64,000 nucleotides of DNA from a virus. The notes beneath the pieces were generated by a model, which saw only the letters and a list, made by a program, of their open reading frames with translations, was not told where the DNA came from and did no database searches. The DNA lies in IMG/VR virus record IMGVR_UViG_3300030329_005813, positions 108,362-172,361 of that record; one strand, written 5' to 3'. Of this stretch, positions 1-11,522 are shown piece after piece. Each line of letters opens with the position of its first letter. The stretch's first letter is position 1. The position numbers and the translations under genes were made by a program.

Positions 1-1082
1 TTAAACTTTCGAACTTGAGAGCCATCATTTTTTGTTACGACTCTGGTATTATCTAAAGTTTTTGCAGAATGATTTCTGGGATCTATCGTATGTACTGTGG
101 CATGTTGGTGGCGAACTGCTTCTTCTACAATGTCAGCAATATTTGCACAATCTTCTTTTATTCGTCTTGAATACTGAGGGCTTGTAAAAGTTACTACTTT
201 AATTTGCATATAGTTTATAGCACGATCTGTAATCGGATAGCAACACTCATCACAGTCATCAGAGTACCAACTAGGAGGCACCCTAGGAGGGGGTGGTTGG
301 GGCGTCGATATCGCCGGTGGTTGGTTATTTAAAATTTCTTGAAGATTGGTTTCGAGAGTTTCATCCATCGTGTTCAAGGAAGATTGAATTGTATTTCCTA
401 TAAGGCCTCCTAAACCGGACGGTCCTGATGTTGCAGGTGGAACAAGATCTGGATCATTATAGCATACTAATTCTGTAACTTCGCCGCCGGCCGTTTCCTC
501 TGTTGTGCGCTCTGAGGATCCAGGGCCGCCACCGGTACCGGCGGCAGCGGACATCATTCCGCCAGACATTGCAGCATCTTTTATATCACTAATTAAAACA
601 GCCTGAAGAGTTGTTTCAAGAGTTTCCCCCATAGTTTCAACAGATGTTGAAACAGCTGCCTCGATTAATCCACCAGCACCCAAAGGTGTTAAGCCGGTAT
701 CGTCTTCTTGTGACAATACAATTTCAAGGGTAGTCTCAAGAGTTTCGTCCATATTTTCGGCGGCGCCGGTGATTGAACTTCCTATAAGGTTTCCGAACCC
801 AGACAGTCCTTGTTGTTCTTCTGCAACTTCTTGTAAAATTTCCGGGTTTTCTTCTTCTGCCTGTTCAATTAATGCACGAGCTTCATCATAAGCGTCTAAT
901 GCAGCTTGAGCAGCAGCAACGGCCGCCTCAAAGTTCTCCAGGCTTTGATCAAAAGTTTCACCGCGAATGGAAAAGTCGCCGGCGATCAACCCTTCCAGGC
1001 TTTCCTGTGCGGCTTCAAGTTCTGCCAGCAGTTGATCGCGTTCGCTATAAGATGTATCATATGAAACTGATTCAACGGGCAT
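1..1082 (-). CDS. Hypothetical acidic protein, likely virion-associated (runs off the left edge; absent from ORF track)
   Basis: ATG at 1082 just after the TAA of the upstream gene. Manually translated open frame MPVESVSYDTSYSERDQLLAELEAAQ...GSQVRKF has no stop before position 1 and carries three GxGxLI...MxETLETxL repeats. Confidence 0.8.
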   Translation of the reverse strand, partial: MPVESVSYDTSYSERDQLLAELEAAQESLEGLIAGDFSIRGETFDQSLENFEAAVAAAQAALDAYDEARALIEQAEEENPEILQEVAEEQQGLSGFGNLIGSSITGAAENMDETLETTLEIVLSQEDDTGLTPLGAGGLIEAAVSTSVETMGETLETTLQAVLISDIKDAAMSGGMMSAAAGTGGGPGSSERTTEETAGGEVTELVCYNDPDLVPPATSGPSGLGGLIGNTIQSSLNTMDETLETNLQEILNNQPPAISTPQPPPPRVPPSWYSDDCDECCYPITDRAINYMQIKVVTFTSPQYSRRIKEDCANIADIVEEAVRHQHATVHTIDPRNHSAKTLDNTRVVTKNDGSQVRKF

Positions 1083-1083
1083 T

Positions 1084-2157
1084 TTATTCTTGTTCCTCGC
1101 ACTTTTCAGTACCGGCTTTATCCTTGTGTGTAATAGTTGTTACAGGGCCAGTATAAATATCATAACGCGTTGAACGTCTTGTGTCCGGACAGTTAACATC
1201 CAATCCAACGCGTAATCTTTTCTTCTCAAACGTTGACTGTGCCTCGCATAAATCTGCTACATCTATTTCGTCGTCGACCAATACATTAAAATAATAATCT
1301 ACCATTTTATCGTCCAAGTTAATTAAAGGCTCTGCCGGCAACTCATCTCTATCAAATAAAATATTGTTCTTTACTAAATTAGTCTTTTTCTTAAAAAATA
1401 ATGGCTTAAGATTTTCTTTAATACTTCTATTTCCTGCTAAACCAGAACGAGCAGAAATCATATCTTCTTCTACTATTTCAAATATTTCCACCTCGACATT
1501 ACTCTTATCGTGTTCAGTGTTTTCCTCTATAACTTCTAACAATAAGTGATCCGGGTCAACGACAACATACGTTCCATCAGCGTAAACTTCACTGTTAAGA
1601 GCAGGATCTGGTACAATGGCTAGCTCATTTGTTGCCACTTGAGTATTAAATATGGATGTTTTATGCACTAAATCAACGTCAATTTGTGGAATCCTAAGTG
1701 TTTGATAGCTCGCTGTTAAGTGTGTGACTGAACCGCTTATTTCGCCGTTTAATACTTTAATTGACCATTTTGGAGCAGCATCTGTTTCTGGTGAGCATGT
1801 CCCAAGCGGCTCGGTTGCTAAGAAAAGTTTCTGCTCGTGAGCCTGTTCAACTGTTGCCAACATTTGAGCTTTATCTGTGTAGGCTCCCAAAGAAATAGCC
1901 GGTTGATATATTTTTTTTAAATTATATTCACGACCAACACGAGTGGTTACTGTTTTAAGCTGAGGGGTATTGTGTTGAATTCTGTCTTCTATGTCTTTAG
2001 AATATTCGGTTACATTAGCATAGTCACCATCGTAAAGAATATTACTATCGTGAAAAGAATAATATACTGGACGTAGCTTGCCAATAGATAGCAAATATCT
2101 TCCGTGAGGCGTTAGTTGTATATCTAAGACTTCTTCTTTTTTGTTTGCAAAAAGCAT
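1084..2157 (-). CDS. Hypothetical phage protein, 357 aa, in the baseplate module
   Basis: Long ORF tightly packed in the minus-strand structural operon; no recognisable catalytic motif. Confidence 0.75.
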   Translation of the reverse strand: MLFANKKEEVLDIQLTPHGRYLLSIGKLRPVYYSFHDSNILYDGDYANVTEYSKDIEDRIQHNTPQLKTVTTRVGREYNLKKIYQPAISLGAYTDKAQMLATVEQAHEQKLFLATEPLGTCSPETDAAPKWSIKVLNGEISGSVTHLTASYQTLRIPQIDVDLVHKTSIFNTQVATNELAIVPDPALNSEVYADGTYVVVDPDHLLLEVIEENTEHDKSNVEVEIFEIVEEDMISARSGLAGNRSIKENLKPLFFKKKTNLVKNNILFDRDELPAEPLINLDDKMVDYYFNVLVDDEIDVADLCEAQSTFEKKRLRVGLDVNCPDTRRSTRYDIYTGPVTTITHKDKAGTEKCEEQE

Positions 2158-2160
2158 ATA

Positions 2161-5100
2161 CTATTTCCTTGGCGGCAATTTAGATCTTTTTTTCGAGGGG
2201 CTCGCTTTTTTTTGAACTCCTTCCGCAACCTTTTCTTCATCCGACTTAATAACTAGTTTAGAATCAATATCTTTATCGATAGGTGAAAATTTAATTTCTG
2301 ACTCTAGTTTTATAAGCTCTATTAATGAAAAGAAGTCATATGGCCAGTTATAACTAAAACTTGTTTCAGCTGTTGCTTCTTTACTAGAGCGGCCGGCTTG
2401 AGACCTAAATCGATATCTTGGATCAGCATCCGTATCAAATCCTGCCACTTTAGAATAATAGTTGTTATTTGCTTTCTGCTTAACTTTGAAAACCATCCAT
2501 TTAAGTTTATCATTTATTGGCTCATTTGTTCTTTCGGCCACATTTCCAAATATTTCGTTTAATAATAGTTTGTGACTTATTTTGGTCTCAGCCATTTTTA
2601 CTATCTTGCCGGTAGGGGGCATTAAGTTTTGCCACATATGTACTAAATCATTTTGTGTAAACTCGTATTCAAATTCAAAAATATACATAGAAATTGGATC
2701 TACTTTGTCTGGGAACGAAAGGAAGTCCATTGTCGGAGGAATAACAAATTTTTGCATAGAGTTAACTAAGCTTTTAACGGACTCTCCGACTAAATCAGTG
2801 TCCGGATTTTTAACAACTGCGTTAACGAGCCTTTTATCGATATTAAAAAACTTTCTAGTACCGGCCTTCTCAATAAATGGAACAGCAACTATTCCCTCTC
2901 GTACTACTTTCTTATTGGCTGTTTGTCCGAGTTTAATTGATTTTTCTTCAAAAGTAATCACATCAAGTAATGAATTAATTCCGCCGCCGGCACCATAATA
3001 GCTATTATAGTTTCTGTGATCGTAAGCAGATGCGTTTTGATCAATTGTGTGGTTAGAGTCGCCGGCTGAAGATACATAAAGCGGTACTCGACCCTCAATA
3101 AACTCTGATGGAATTTCTGTAACTTCTAAAAAGATTCCCCTGGATGGATCCGTTGGAATTACGCCAAATTGATGCCACATGCCTCTGGAGACAGATTCAG
3201 AGTTGTTTGATGGATATGTTAAAGTTCCTACACTATTTTTAATCGGATGGACTCCAGTGTCTGAAAAATTATACATTGGTGTCTCAAACTTAGGCTGAAT
3301 CACCCAGCTTGAATTTTCTGCGCCTCCGGGTCGAACGGCTTTTGGATTTCCATTTTCATCAAATTCGGCAACTGGTTCAATAACCTTTTGGAAGAGGTTA
3401 AAAGATGAACTTAGCTGCATAGCAAATCTATTAATATTCATTTCACCATATGGATGTGTATTATTTGCTAATGAAAGGCCACCAGCAGAATGATCAAAGC
3501 GCCAATATATTTTTCTAGAAGTTGACAATATATCATCCAATGTCACGAAACTTGAACTAGGACTAAACAAAACATCACACCAAGCTTCACCATCATAATA
3601 TGGAGGGGTAAATCCTGGATTTACTCCCCTTAAGGAGTCGACTACTTTAACTCTATTATAGTAGTTGGCGGCGCCAATATCTTTTCCTCTTCCAGATACC
3701 GGTGGCCCGAAAGCTGATGGGCGACTATACATTGTAAATGTTTCGCGCAGATCTCTTATGCTATAATCTAAAAGAGTATCTTGAGGAACAAAATATTTCC
3801 CAATTCGACTTCGCTGGCGTGCAATATTGTAAGATTTACGAATTTTAATTCTCATACCATAAATTTCACCTTCCTTGAAGGCTTTAAATTGTTTTTCTGG
3901 TTTAGATTTAAGAGTGGTAAATTCTCCATTTGGTAAAAAGAATTCTGGTACCTCGGCTAAAAAGTTACTGGCCATCATCTTGTATAGATTATCGCCGCGA
4001 CCATCCCAAGAGCTTGTTAATCGCATTGAGGCTGATGGATGAGGTTCCATATCAACAAACTGTACATATGGAATATGATCTTCCGGTCTCACCAGTGTCT
4101 CGAATGGCACACGATAATCCCAACCAGATAGCTTTCCACCAGAGTCTTTCGGTGCATTGGAACTAGTTGCCAACAGGTAGTAATCTGTAGTTTCCCCGTC
4201 TACATCTTTAGGTCGGTTAACTCTATAGGAAGAAGTAAATACTGGATAATCTACGGCGATACCTGATTTAATTGTGTTAAATAGAATGCCCGGGGCAAAC
4301 AATGGTGCGATTAAAGGCCTAAGGCGCGCATTTGCAAACCCTTCATCGTTTGCACTACCCGGGGATGGGTTTGTTGTAAACGCAGCGTATGATTTGGAAA
4401 ATTGCGTTGCTATCTCTACAGTTCTTTCTGCTGGATAAAATCCATTATAAGGTAGAAATTTCATTGCCGCTTTACAAGTTAGTATCAACTCGGTGGGATT
4501 TGCAATTTCCTTATGATCTTTTCGTAGAGAAGCAAAGTGCTTTAAGAAGTCAGAAGTAGAATATACTGAATAAAAACTATCTTCTGAACTGTTTTGTGGC
4601 ACACTTGAGCCAGTGGGGGATCCCTCGATTGATAATAATTTAGGATTCTTAGCTAAGAAGTTACCTTGCTGCTGCTTCATATAAAAATCAATATGCTCGC
4701 TGATTCTAAACTCTGGCACTATTGAATAATCTTTGGCCATAACTCGCAAGTCTTCAGCATAGTCATCGTAACTATCGTAAAATGGAGCAGCTGATGCGCT
4801 TACAAAAACCCCGTCGGCGTTAATCTTACCTGCTTGTTCGCCGGCTTCCCACTTAGTAATTCCACCATAAATTTTCATTCTTCCCATAGGATGGCCGCCA
4901 ATTGGCGACACTGATGAAGTTGCTGCTAAATGAGGCCCTGTCAAAGAGCGCACAGAAGAAGTAGTTTGAATTAAATGTGGTCTTGCGTATATGCAAGAAG
5001 CTGTTACTGTAGTCTTATTGCCATGATGGATAAAGCTTGATATATCTTGTAAAATGCCCACCGAACCAGTATCTGCCAAAACAGCTTTAACGCTATCGGA

Positions 5101-8100
5101 GGAAGCCGTAACGTAAGATCCCTCTCTCATACCATCCAGGTTCCAAGAACTTCTCTTAGATCCTGGACCTACTATCGCCGCATCTGTGGCCGGGTCATTG
5201 CTATCAGCAGTTATACCGTGCCAACTTAGTTTTGATTGTCCCAAAGCTCTTCTATCGACTTCTGACGTTCTCCAAAAGTTGTTTGTATACGAGTTTCTTT
5301 TCCTTGCTTTGTAAATATAAGTGTTTGACTCTCTCGGATAAACACACTCTTTGTAAGAAAAATTAATAAAACTTTCAATAGGAGTGGAAGGGCTCTCTAA
5401 TCCGCCTCTTAAATAATATTCTGAGACTGTTTTATATCCAGCGGGAGGAGACTTGGTAAATCCTCTGTCTCTGTCAAGTTTCTTATCGGTAAAGAACACA
5501 AGATCATTTCCATACGTTGAATTAATATTAATCGGACGGGTTGCTGTTACTTCCTTGCCACGCTCTTTAAAAGTAGTTCTAGTGCCTAATCTAAATCTAG
5601 TAGGATAATATTTAGACGATACAGGAGGCTCTGTAAAAGTCCTTAAGGCGCCAAATCTTTCAACTTTTTCTTGCCTTCCTCTTCCCATATCCTCTGTAAC
5701 AAGATGACGGCCGGGAGTTTCATTATAGGAAATAATATTATTTCTTCTTAAGTAACGACCAATACGAGTTTCACCAGTACGAATCTGTTTCCAAGTAGGA
5801 TATCCGTATGGGCCATTTCTATTAAGGGTAAGAGAGTTTAAGACCGTAGCATCAATTCCTGGATTTCCACTAATCCCTAATGGCGTTGAAATAACCTCAC
5901 CGGTTGATGAGCCAGCAAGAGTGTTGCCATACAAGAACACAGCCCTGTCTGTTTTGCCAGATTGTGAACTACCAGTTAAAGTCAGAGTATTTGTATCGAT
6001 GACTTGGCGTATATTTAAATTTAAACCTACAAAGTCAGTATTAAGGAATCCCGTACCATAAGTTCCGTCATTAACAGATTTATCAAAAGTATTGGCATTA
6101 CCCCAAACTCTCAAACCATTACTATCAACCTTTGTAACATAATCACTAGCGCTTACAAAGTTATAAGCGGGTATAAATCCGGGACCAATAGAAACACCAT
6201 CACGATACGTAAAAGAGACTGAACTAGAGTGCATACCATCTGGATGGGGGTGTCCCAAAACAACGGTACGCTGACTTGGCTCATTATCAACTAAAGAAGC
6301 TGTAATCCAAGCATACTGTGTATCTGATTGCGGAATTTCGTGTGATATGTAATAGTTATCGCGGACGGCTTCTCTTACAGTTGTTTCAGACACTGTTCTA
6401 GAACTTGACAACTTGTATCTTAACGCAGAGTTTCTATTTGTCTTATGGAAAGCAGCAATTCCAGTATAATCGTCGCTGCTAACAGATGACCCTGAAGCAA
6501 ATCCAAACTGACCGGCGTGTTCTCTTAAAAGTATTTTTAAGGGAATCCTAACAGTTAAGTTTCTATAGTTTATACTATTGTAGGGTGAATATTGAGCCGA
6601 AGCGTAGTCTAAGGCTGGTCCACCATTTGCATCACCGGCTGTTTCAGGGCCGCCGGGTGCAGAAAATCTTTCTACAAAAATATAATCTGTTCTTCCAACC
6701 GAGCTGGACTGGATAGAAAAGTCTGGCTTGGCCACATCGGCAAACTCACCTAACTTACCAGCTGGGTTAGCTGAGGAATATCCTCTTGCGCTTTCTGCCC
6801 CGTCGCCTCCAGGATTAAATTTGCCCGTACCTTGATGTTTGATAAACGCTCTCTTGTTAGTATCGCGATCCGTAACTTGCACAATTTCATAGTGTTTTGT
6901 AAAGTTACCAATACTGTTTAGCTTGCCGGAACCAGTTAATTGTTGAATATTTCTAATATTAACAGGTCTTTTGGCCTTAACATTTCTATAAAAATCTCCT
7001 CTAGGCTTATCTGTATCTTGGCTAAGCACTTTGATACTGGTGCTTGAAACAGAAAGCTTCCAGCCCTCCAATCGGCTAGCTAGGGAGTCTAAATCGGTAT
7101 TTAAGTCGACGTGACGATGAGGCAACCCACCAACGTATTTTTCTGTAAATGGCCCCTGCATTGATGCTTCGCCAGTTTCAACGACATCTTGATGCAAGTT
7201 ATTGATTTCTAAAGTTCCAGCAGTAGAAAGACCTCCAATACTAACACTACTAAGGGTTGAAGCATAGCCTGTAGCTACACTTGATTTATATAGCGTAAAG
7301 GGAGCTATGCCCCCCTTAGAGGTTACTGCGGAGGCGTCAGTAGCCTGAAATATAAGTGGTGTTTTGTTGTTCGGAAGAGTTGGGTATGTTCCGGCTAAGG
7401 GCAGATGACGACTTTGAACACAGCTTTGTTCATCTTTAATGTTTGAAATTTCTATAAACTTAGATGCATCTCCCGGTGTTGTCGAATTTCTCCAATACGT
7501 ATACTTAGAATTTGGCCCACCTGCTGGGTTATGACCGGCGCCAATTTGACCATTCCAGGCGCCAATAATAGAGCGACTGCTCATTCCAATGCCCATAAAT
7601 AATCGATAAACTCTAGAAAATCTATTATTAGGATAATAAGAGCCTGTATAAATCGGAATGTTATTTACACCAACTTTTGTTACGCCGGCTGTGCCTTGAA
7701 GCGCGGTGTGCTGTGGAACAGAAGCGGATATAAAAGAGTAGCCTTTTTTCTTATATATTTCTCTTTGCTCATCAATAATCGCCACCTGCGCTGCACTTCT
7801 ATCTACAGATGCCTTATCAGAAGTAAGCGAAGCTCCTTGTCTTTCAGCTCTTTGCTTCCACCAAAGACAATTTTTGCCTTGGGGCTGTGGATGCACAACT
7901 TTGGTACCAGGATTATTTAATGGTGCGTGACCAATACGCCAGTTATACGTATGCTCGTAAAGTCCCTTAATTTGACCTTCTATTTCTGTCTTGGGAGTCC
8001 GAAGAGTTGGTAATTTATGACGATACTTATTTCTAGTTAATACAGTATCCTCTACCATATTTCGTATATCGTCAGAAAATCTAGATGAACCTGGGACCAA

Positions 8101-11100
8101 CTGCTGGAGCATTTGTCCTAAGGCTGTATCGAGCCATTGATAGTATGAAAGATACTTGTCTAAGTCTGGAATATTTTCGACTCTTTCGTAGAATATCTGC
8201 CTCAGCTTAGACATGTCTTTATATTCATGCCTATACCTGTTGATTGGCTCACCAATAAGATTATTAAACTCTTCAATTCCAGCAAACATATTTAACATTT
8301 CTTCTGAGATAGCTTGATACATACTCTTTTCAAATGTAAAATAATGCTTTATCGGTCTGGTTTCTCTGGTAAAAAGAAGATCGTCATCGGTTCTAATTTC
8401 AACCATATCGTGACTATTCATTTCTTCCGGAAGTTGGTATCTAGCGGAGCTAATGTAATTTGTATCAACCGCAGCAGTGGTATTTGTTTTGAAAAAATAA
8501 CCACGAGCATTATATTGATTGTTAACTATGGGATCCATATCCGGGTCACGAAATCTTCTTTTCGTTAGTGACCCAGAGGAAAAATCCTGTACAATAAACT
8601 CTCCGTCTGCATCTGAACCAGTGACGTTAGAAAAGTCCCAGTTAAGGGCTAGAGTTTCATATTCCGGGATCCACACACCAGTTAGCGCATTTTCTAATAA
8701 ATACGCACTTCTTAGAGGATGACGGGCGCCATAGTTTTCGGTATCACGGGCATGTGCTTGTATAACTTTGTTGTCCAGATACATTTGCCAGTGTCGAAGG
8801 TAACCAACTTTAACACTAGAATACTCATTAATTGTTCCGCCGGTAACATTAGTTCTACGAGCACCAACATAATATCTTCTAGGTACTGTAATGTCAGAGT
8901 GAATCGCATTACCACTTAAAGCAAACTCTTCTACAACTTGATCGTATACTGTATGTACGCCGTAAAGACTAACTTCTACATGAGTACTAGGGCCGGTATC
9001 TCCTGGGCCGCCGGTTAAATAGGTACCTATATGACCGTGAGTTGAAGATGGATCGGCTGGGGTGATGGATGAAGTTAAAACATTTCTAGTTCTTAGTGCA
9101 AAGGTCCAGCGTTGATCGTCGTATACATCCATATACATACTAGAAGTTGCTATTGTTACGTTATTTGATCGATCAATTAAATAGAAACTAGCGTGTTTAG
9201 ATTCAGAATCTGGTCGAACAGCAAGGACTTGATATCCTGAACCGCCCGAAGGTTTAATAAAGTCATCTGGGTCTGGATCAGCTTGGTCCCAACCAAATAT
9301 AGAAGAGGACACAAAAGTTAACTCGACATATCCAATATCAGCTGGTGATTTAATCCGTGGAAAAATAACTTCCGATTCTGCTGTAGTAGATATATCCTTA
9401 TGAGAAGCTGAGATATAAGTTACGCCAATCGAATCAGAGTTTTTGGCCCCACCAGCCTGACTAGATGTCTGGTGTGTTACAACGGCATCTTGATTATCTG
9501 TTTGGTGAAAATCAATAAAATTCTTTTTTACAGCTTTTGGTCTGAAATTATTTCTCAGTAGTTGTGTCGTATTATCCGCGTAGAGGTTAATTCTTATGAG
9601 ATCTTCATCTACACCAAAGCAACGTATTAAGTTACGAAATGATTTTTCAGTTCCCTTTGATTTAAAAATATAAACTAAGTTGTTGTAGATATTCTTATAG
9701 ATTAAATTCTTAATCTTATGCAGATCTTCGCTATACTCTCTTTTTGAGTCTAAGTTTCGAATTGCAGATATTACATCAGCGTTGGCAAATATCTCTGAAT
9801 TTATGAAACCTTTGGATTCCAAGAGACGATTTGCAAACGGCAGTGGTTTTCCACTTGAAGTTTGATACGTGGTAGAATGTAGTGATGGTATTGCCTCTAT
9901 CTGAAGATAAAGCGTATCAAAGTAATTACCAATAATCTGGGTTAGGTTTTTAAGCTGGCCGCCGGACTCTGTATCTTCATCAATAATCCAACTTGGAAGA
10001 GAATGATAAATAGAATTGCTATTTCTAATATCGTGATAGCTAGCTGAGGCCGCAAGATTATTTCTCAGTGTTTGTATATCTGGATGCGTATGGTATACTA
10101 CAGGATCTTTGTACTCTGATTTATTAGAGCCGCTGGACTCTATGATAGCCGAGCCCGTGCTTCTTGCATCGGATGCATAACCAACCCAAATACCGTTTGA
10201 CGTGCGACCAGAGTAGTCCAACACAACGGAGTCTAAAGTAGAATCAGTTGTAATCCCTTCGTTGAATTTATAATATACGCCCAGCTCAGCGTTTGATATG
10301 TCTGTATTTGTTCCGCCGCGAACTTGTGTAAAATAATTGTCTCTAATTTGTTTACTAGTTCTTTGCACTTTCCAATATCTAAACTCATCGATAGAGCCAG
10401 ATAACTTGCCCCAGCCAACCATATTGTCGGATGGAGTAGTTGTAGACACTGGCAGATTAGGATGCGTCTGAAGGGCGCCGATAAATCCAATCAAAGAGCC
10501 TGTAACTTCGCCAGTTGTAGAGCCGGTGGCTACTGTATTGACAAGTTGGCCGTCGCGATAAAACTTAACGACGTTATTGGAGGCACCTTTTACAATTGAA
10601 AAAGCATAATGGTGCCATTTATTATCGGCCACTTTTGAAGTAGTTATAGTTGCGCCACCTAGCGGCAGGTTTTGGAAGCCAGCACCTGCACCGGTTGCAA
10701 TTGCCCCGGAAACAAAAGTAAGGCGAAAAGGGTTCTCATTAGATTCGGCAGGACCGGAAGCGGTAAGCTCAATTCTTAAACGGCCGTGCCTAGCATCCGA
10801 AGAAGTGACTTGGTTCCATAGATCAAAAATAACTTCCTTTTGTGTTTTGCTAGCGATAAAAGATTCTTTTTTAAGCCAAAATTCGACCGTGATACCATCG
10901 TCAAGGTTCATACGAAGGTTTGATTCATAAGTGCCGTCGCGGCCCGCTGGAGACGCCTTAGCGGCGCTGTAAATGTCTGTACTGTAATAGTTTGAACCAG
11001 TAAATGAAACTCCGAGCGAACCTGAGGGCATACCATACGATGCGGTATGAGGGCCACCACGAACTTCAATATACTCTTTATTTGTGGGCTCACCATAGTA

Positions 11101-11514
11101 TTGGTTTGCTGCTGCTGGAGATGTATCATTTGCACCCCAGCCGCCATTATCATCGGAAGTATCGTGAGGTGAGAAAGTAATATATCCTGTTGTTCTAGGA
11201 TATAAGTTGTCAAATATATACCTATCAATATAATTTGACTCATTGTGGTATTCGTTTATTTCAGCTTCTGAACCATCGTAAGGATAAGATCTAAGAATCC
11301 TATCAACAGCATCTACATAATACTTCTCTGCTAATCCGAATCTGGCAAAGTTCTCAGGATTTGAAAAATCAACTTGAGGGATATAACGGTCGATATCGAT
11401 AAATCTTTGTTTTATGTTTCTTTCTGATTCAGCGCCAGCATCTAGGCTCTGGAGGTCAGTAGACGTAACAACTTTATCGGTCTTACCCTTGTCAAAAAGT
11501 TTCTTAATAGCCAT
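2161..11514 (-). CDS. Giant baseplate/tail protein, 3117 aa, with a LamG (concanavalin-like) domain and a gp7/P2-I-like wedge segment
   Basis: LamG signature ITVEFWLKK...DNKWHHYAF...KFYRDGQLV...GSIDEFRYWK; IFKSKGTEKSFRNLIRCFG resembles the baseplate KGT motif; lies downstream of gp25/gp6-like genes. Confidence 0.75.
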   Translation of the reverse strand: MAIKKLFDKGKTDKVVTSTDLQSLDAGAESERNIKQRFIDIDRYIPQVDFSNPENFARFGLAEKYYVDAVDRILRSYPYDGSEAEINEYHNESNYIDRYIFDNLYPRTTGYITFSPHDTSDDNGGWGANDTSPAAANQYYGEPTNKEYIEVRGGPHTASYGMPSGSLGVSFTGSNYYSTDIYSAAKASPAGRDGTYESNLRMNLDDGITVEFWLKKESFIASKTQKEVIFDLWNQVTSSDARHGRLRIELTASGPAESNENPFRLTFVSGAIATGAGAGFQNLPLGGATITTSKVADNKWHHYAFSIVKGASNNVVKFYRDGQLVNTVATGSTTGEVTGSLIGFIGALQTHPNLPVSTTTPSDNMVGWGKLSGSIDEFRYWKVQRTSKQIRDNYFTQVRGGTNTDISNAELGVYYKFNEGITTDSTLDSVVLDYSGRTSNGIWVGYASDARSTGSAIIESSGSNKSEYKDPVVYHTHPDIQTLRNNLAASASYHDIRNSNSIYHSLPSWIIDEDTESGGQLKNLTQIIGNYFDTLYLQIEAIPSLHSTTYQTSSGKPLPFANRLLESKGFINSEIFANADVISAIRNLDSKREYSEDLHKIKNLIYKNIYNNLVYIFKSKGTEKSFRNLIRCFGVDEDLIRINLYADNTTQLLRNNFRPKAVKKNFIDFHQTDNQDAVVTHQTSSQAGGAKNSDSIGVTYISASHKDISTTAESEVIFPRIKSPADIGYVELTFVSSSIFGWDQADPDPDDFIKPSGGSGYQVLAVRPDSESKHASFYLIDRSNNVTIATSSMYMDVYDDQRWTFALRTRNVLTSSITPADPSSTHGHIGTYLTGGPGDTGPSTHVEVSLYGVHTVYDQVVEEFALSGNAIHSDITVPRRYYVGARRTNVTGGTINEYSSVKVGYLRHWQMYLDNKVIQAHARDTENYGARHPLRSAYLLENALTGVWIPEYETLALNWDFSNVTGSDADGEFIVQDFSSGSLTKRRFRDPDMDPIVNNQYNARGYFFKTNTTAAVDTNYISSARYQLPEEMNSHDMVEIRTDDDLLFTRETRPIKHYFTFEKSMYQAISEEMLNMFAGIEEFNNLIGEPINRYRHEYKDMSKLRQIFYERVENIPDLDKYLSYYQWLDTALGQMLQQLVPGSSRFSDDIRNMVEDTVLTRNKYRHKLPTLRTPKTEIEGQIKGLYEHTYNWRIGHAPLNNPGTKVVHPQPQGKNCLWWKQRAERQGASLTSDKASVDRSAAQVAIIDEQREIYKKKGYSFISASVPQHTALQGTAGVTKVGVNNIPIYTGSYYPNNRFSRVYRLFMGIGMSSRSIIGAWNGQIGAGHNPAGGPNSKYTYWRNSTTPGDASKFIEISNIKDEQSCVQSRHLPLAGTYPTLPNNKTPLIFQATDASAVTSKGGIAPFTLYKSSVATGYASTLSSVSIGGLSTAGTLEINNLHQDVVETGEASMQGPFTEKYVGGLPHRHVDLNTDLDSLASRLEGWKLSVSSTSIKVLSQDTDKPRGDFYRNVKAKRPVNIRNIQQLTGSGKLNSIGNFTKHYEIVQVTDRDTNKRAFIKHQGTGKFNPGGDGAESARGYSSANPAGKLGEFADVAKPDFSIQSSSVGRTDYIFVERFSAPGGPETAGDANGGPALDYASAQYSPYNSINYRNLTVRIPLKILLREHAGQFGFASGSSVSSDDYTGIAAFHKTNRNSALRYKLSSSRTVSETTVREAVRDNYYISHEIPQSDTQYAWITASLVDNEPSQRTVVLGHPHPDGMHSSSVSFTYRDGVSIGPGFIPAYNFVSASDYVTKVDSNGLRVWGNANTFDKSVNDGTYGTGFLNTDFVGLNLNIRQVIDTNTLTLTGSSQSGKTDRAVFLYGNTLAGSSTGEVISTPLGISGNPGIDATVLNSLTLNRNGPYGYPTWKQIRTGETRIGRYLRRNNIISYNETPGRHLVTEDMGRGRQEKVERFGALRTFTEPPVSSKYYPTRFRLGTRTTFKERGKEVTATRPININSTYGNDLVFFTDKKLDRDRGFTKSPPAGYKTVSEYYLRGGLESPSTPIESFINFSYKECVYPRESNTYIYKARKRNSYTNNFWRTSEVDRRALGQSKLSWHGITADSNDPATDAAIVGPGSKRSSWNLDGMREGSYVTASSDSVKAVLADTGSVGILQDISSFIHHGNKTTVTASCIYARPHLIQTTSSVRSLTGPHLAATSSVSPIGGHPMGRMKIYGGITKWEAGEQAGKINADGVFVSASAAPFYDSYDDYAEDLRVMAKDYSIVPEFRISEHIDFYMKQQQGNFLAKNPKLLSIEGSPTGSSVPQNSSEDSFYSVYSTSDFLKHFASLRKDHKEIANPTELILTCKAAMKFLPYNGFYPAERTVEIATQFSKSYAAFTTNPSPGSANDEGFANARLRPLIAPLFAPGILFNTIKSGIAVDYPVFTSSYRVNRPKDVDGETTDYYLLATSSNAPKDSGGKLSGWDYRVPFETLVRPEDHIPYVQFVDMEPHPSASMRLTSSWDGRGDNLYKMMASNFLAEVPEFFLPNGEFTTLKSKPEKQFKAFKEGEIYGMRIKIRKSYNIARQRSRIGKYFVPQDTLLDYSIRDLRETFTMYSRPSAFGPPVSGRGKDIGAANYYNRVKVVDSLRGVNPGFTPPYYDGEAWCDVLFSPSSSFVTLDDILSTSRKIYWRFDHSAGGLSLANNTHPYGEMNINRFAMQLSSSFNLFQKVIEPVAEFDENGNPKAVRPGGAENSSWVIQPKFETPMYNFSDTGVHPIKNSVGTLTYPSNNSESVSRGMWHQFGVIPTDPSRGIFLEVTEIPSEFIEGRVPLYVSSAGDSNHTIDQNASAYDHRNYNSYYGAGGGINSLLDVITFEEKSIKLGQTANKKVVREGIVAVPFIEKAGTRKFFNIDKRLVNAVVKNPDTDLVGESVKSLVNSMQKFVIPPTMDFLSFPDKVDPISMYIFEFEYEFTQNDLVHMWQNLMPPTGKIVKMAETKISHKLLLNEIFGNVAERTNEPINDKLKWMVFKVKQKANNNYYSKVAGFDTDADPRYRFRSQAGRSSKEATAETSFSYNWPYDFFSLIELIKLESEIKFSPIDKDIDSKLVIKSDEEKVAEGVQKKASPSKKRSKLPPRK

Positions 11515-11522
11515 TTATTAAC

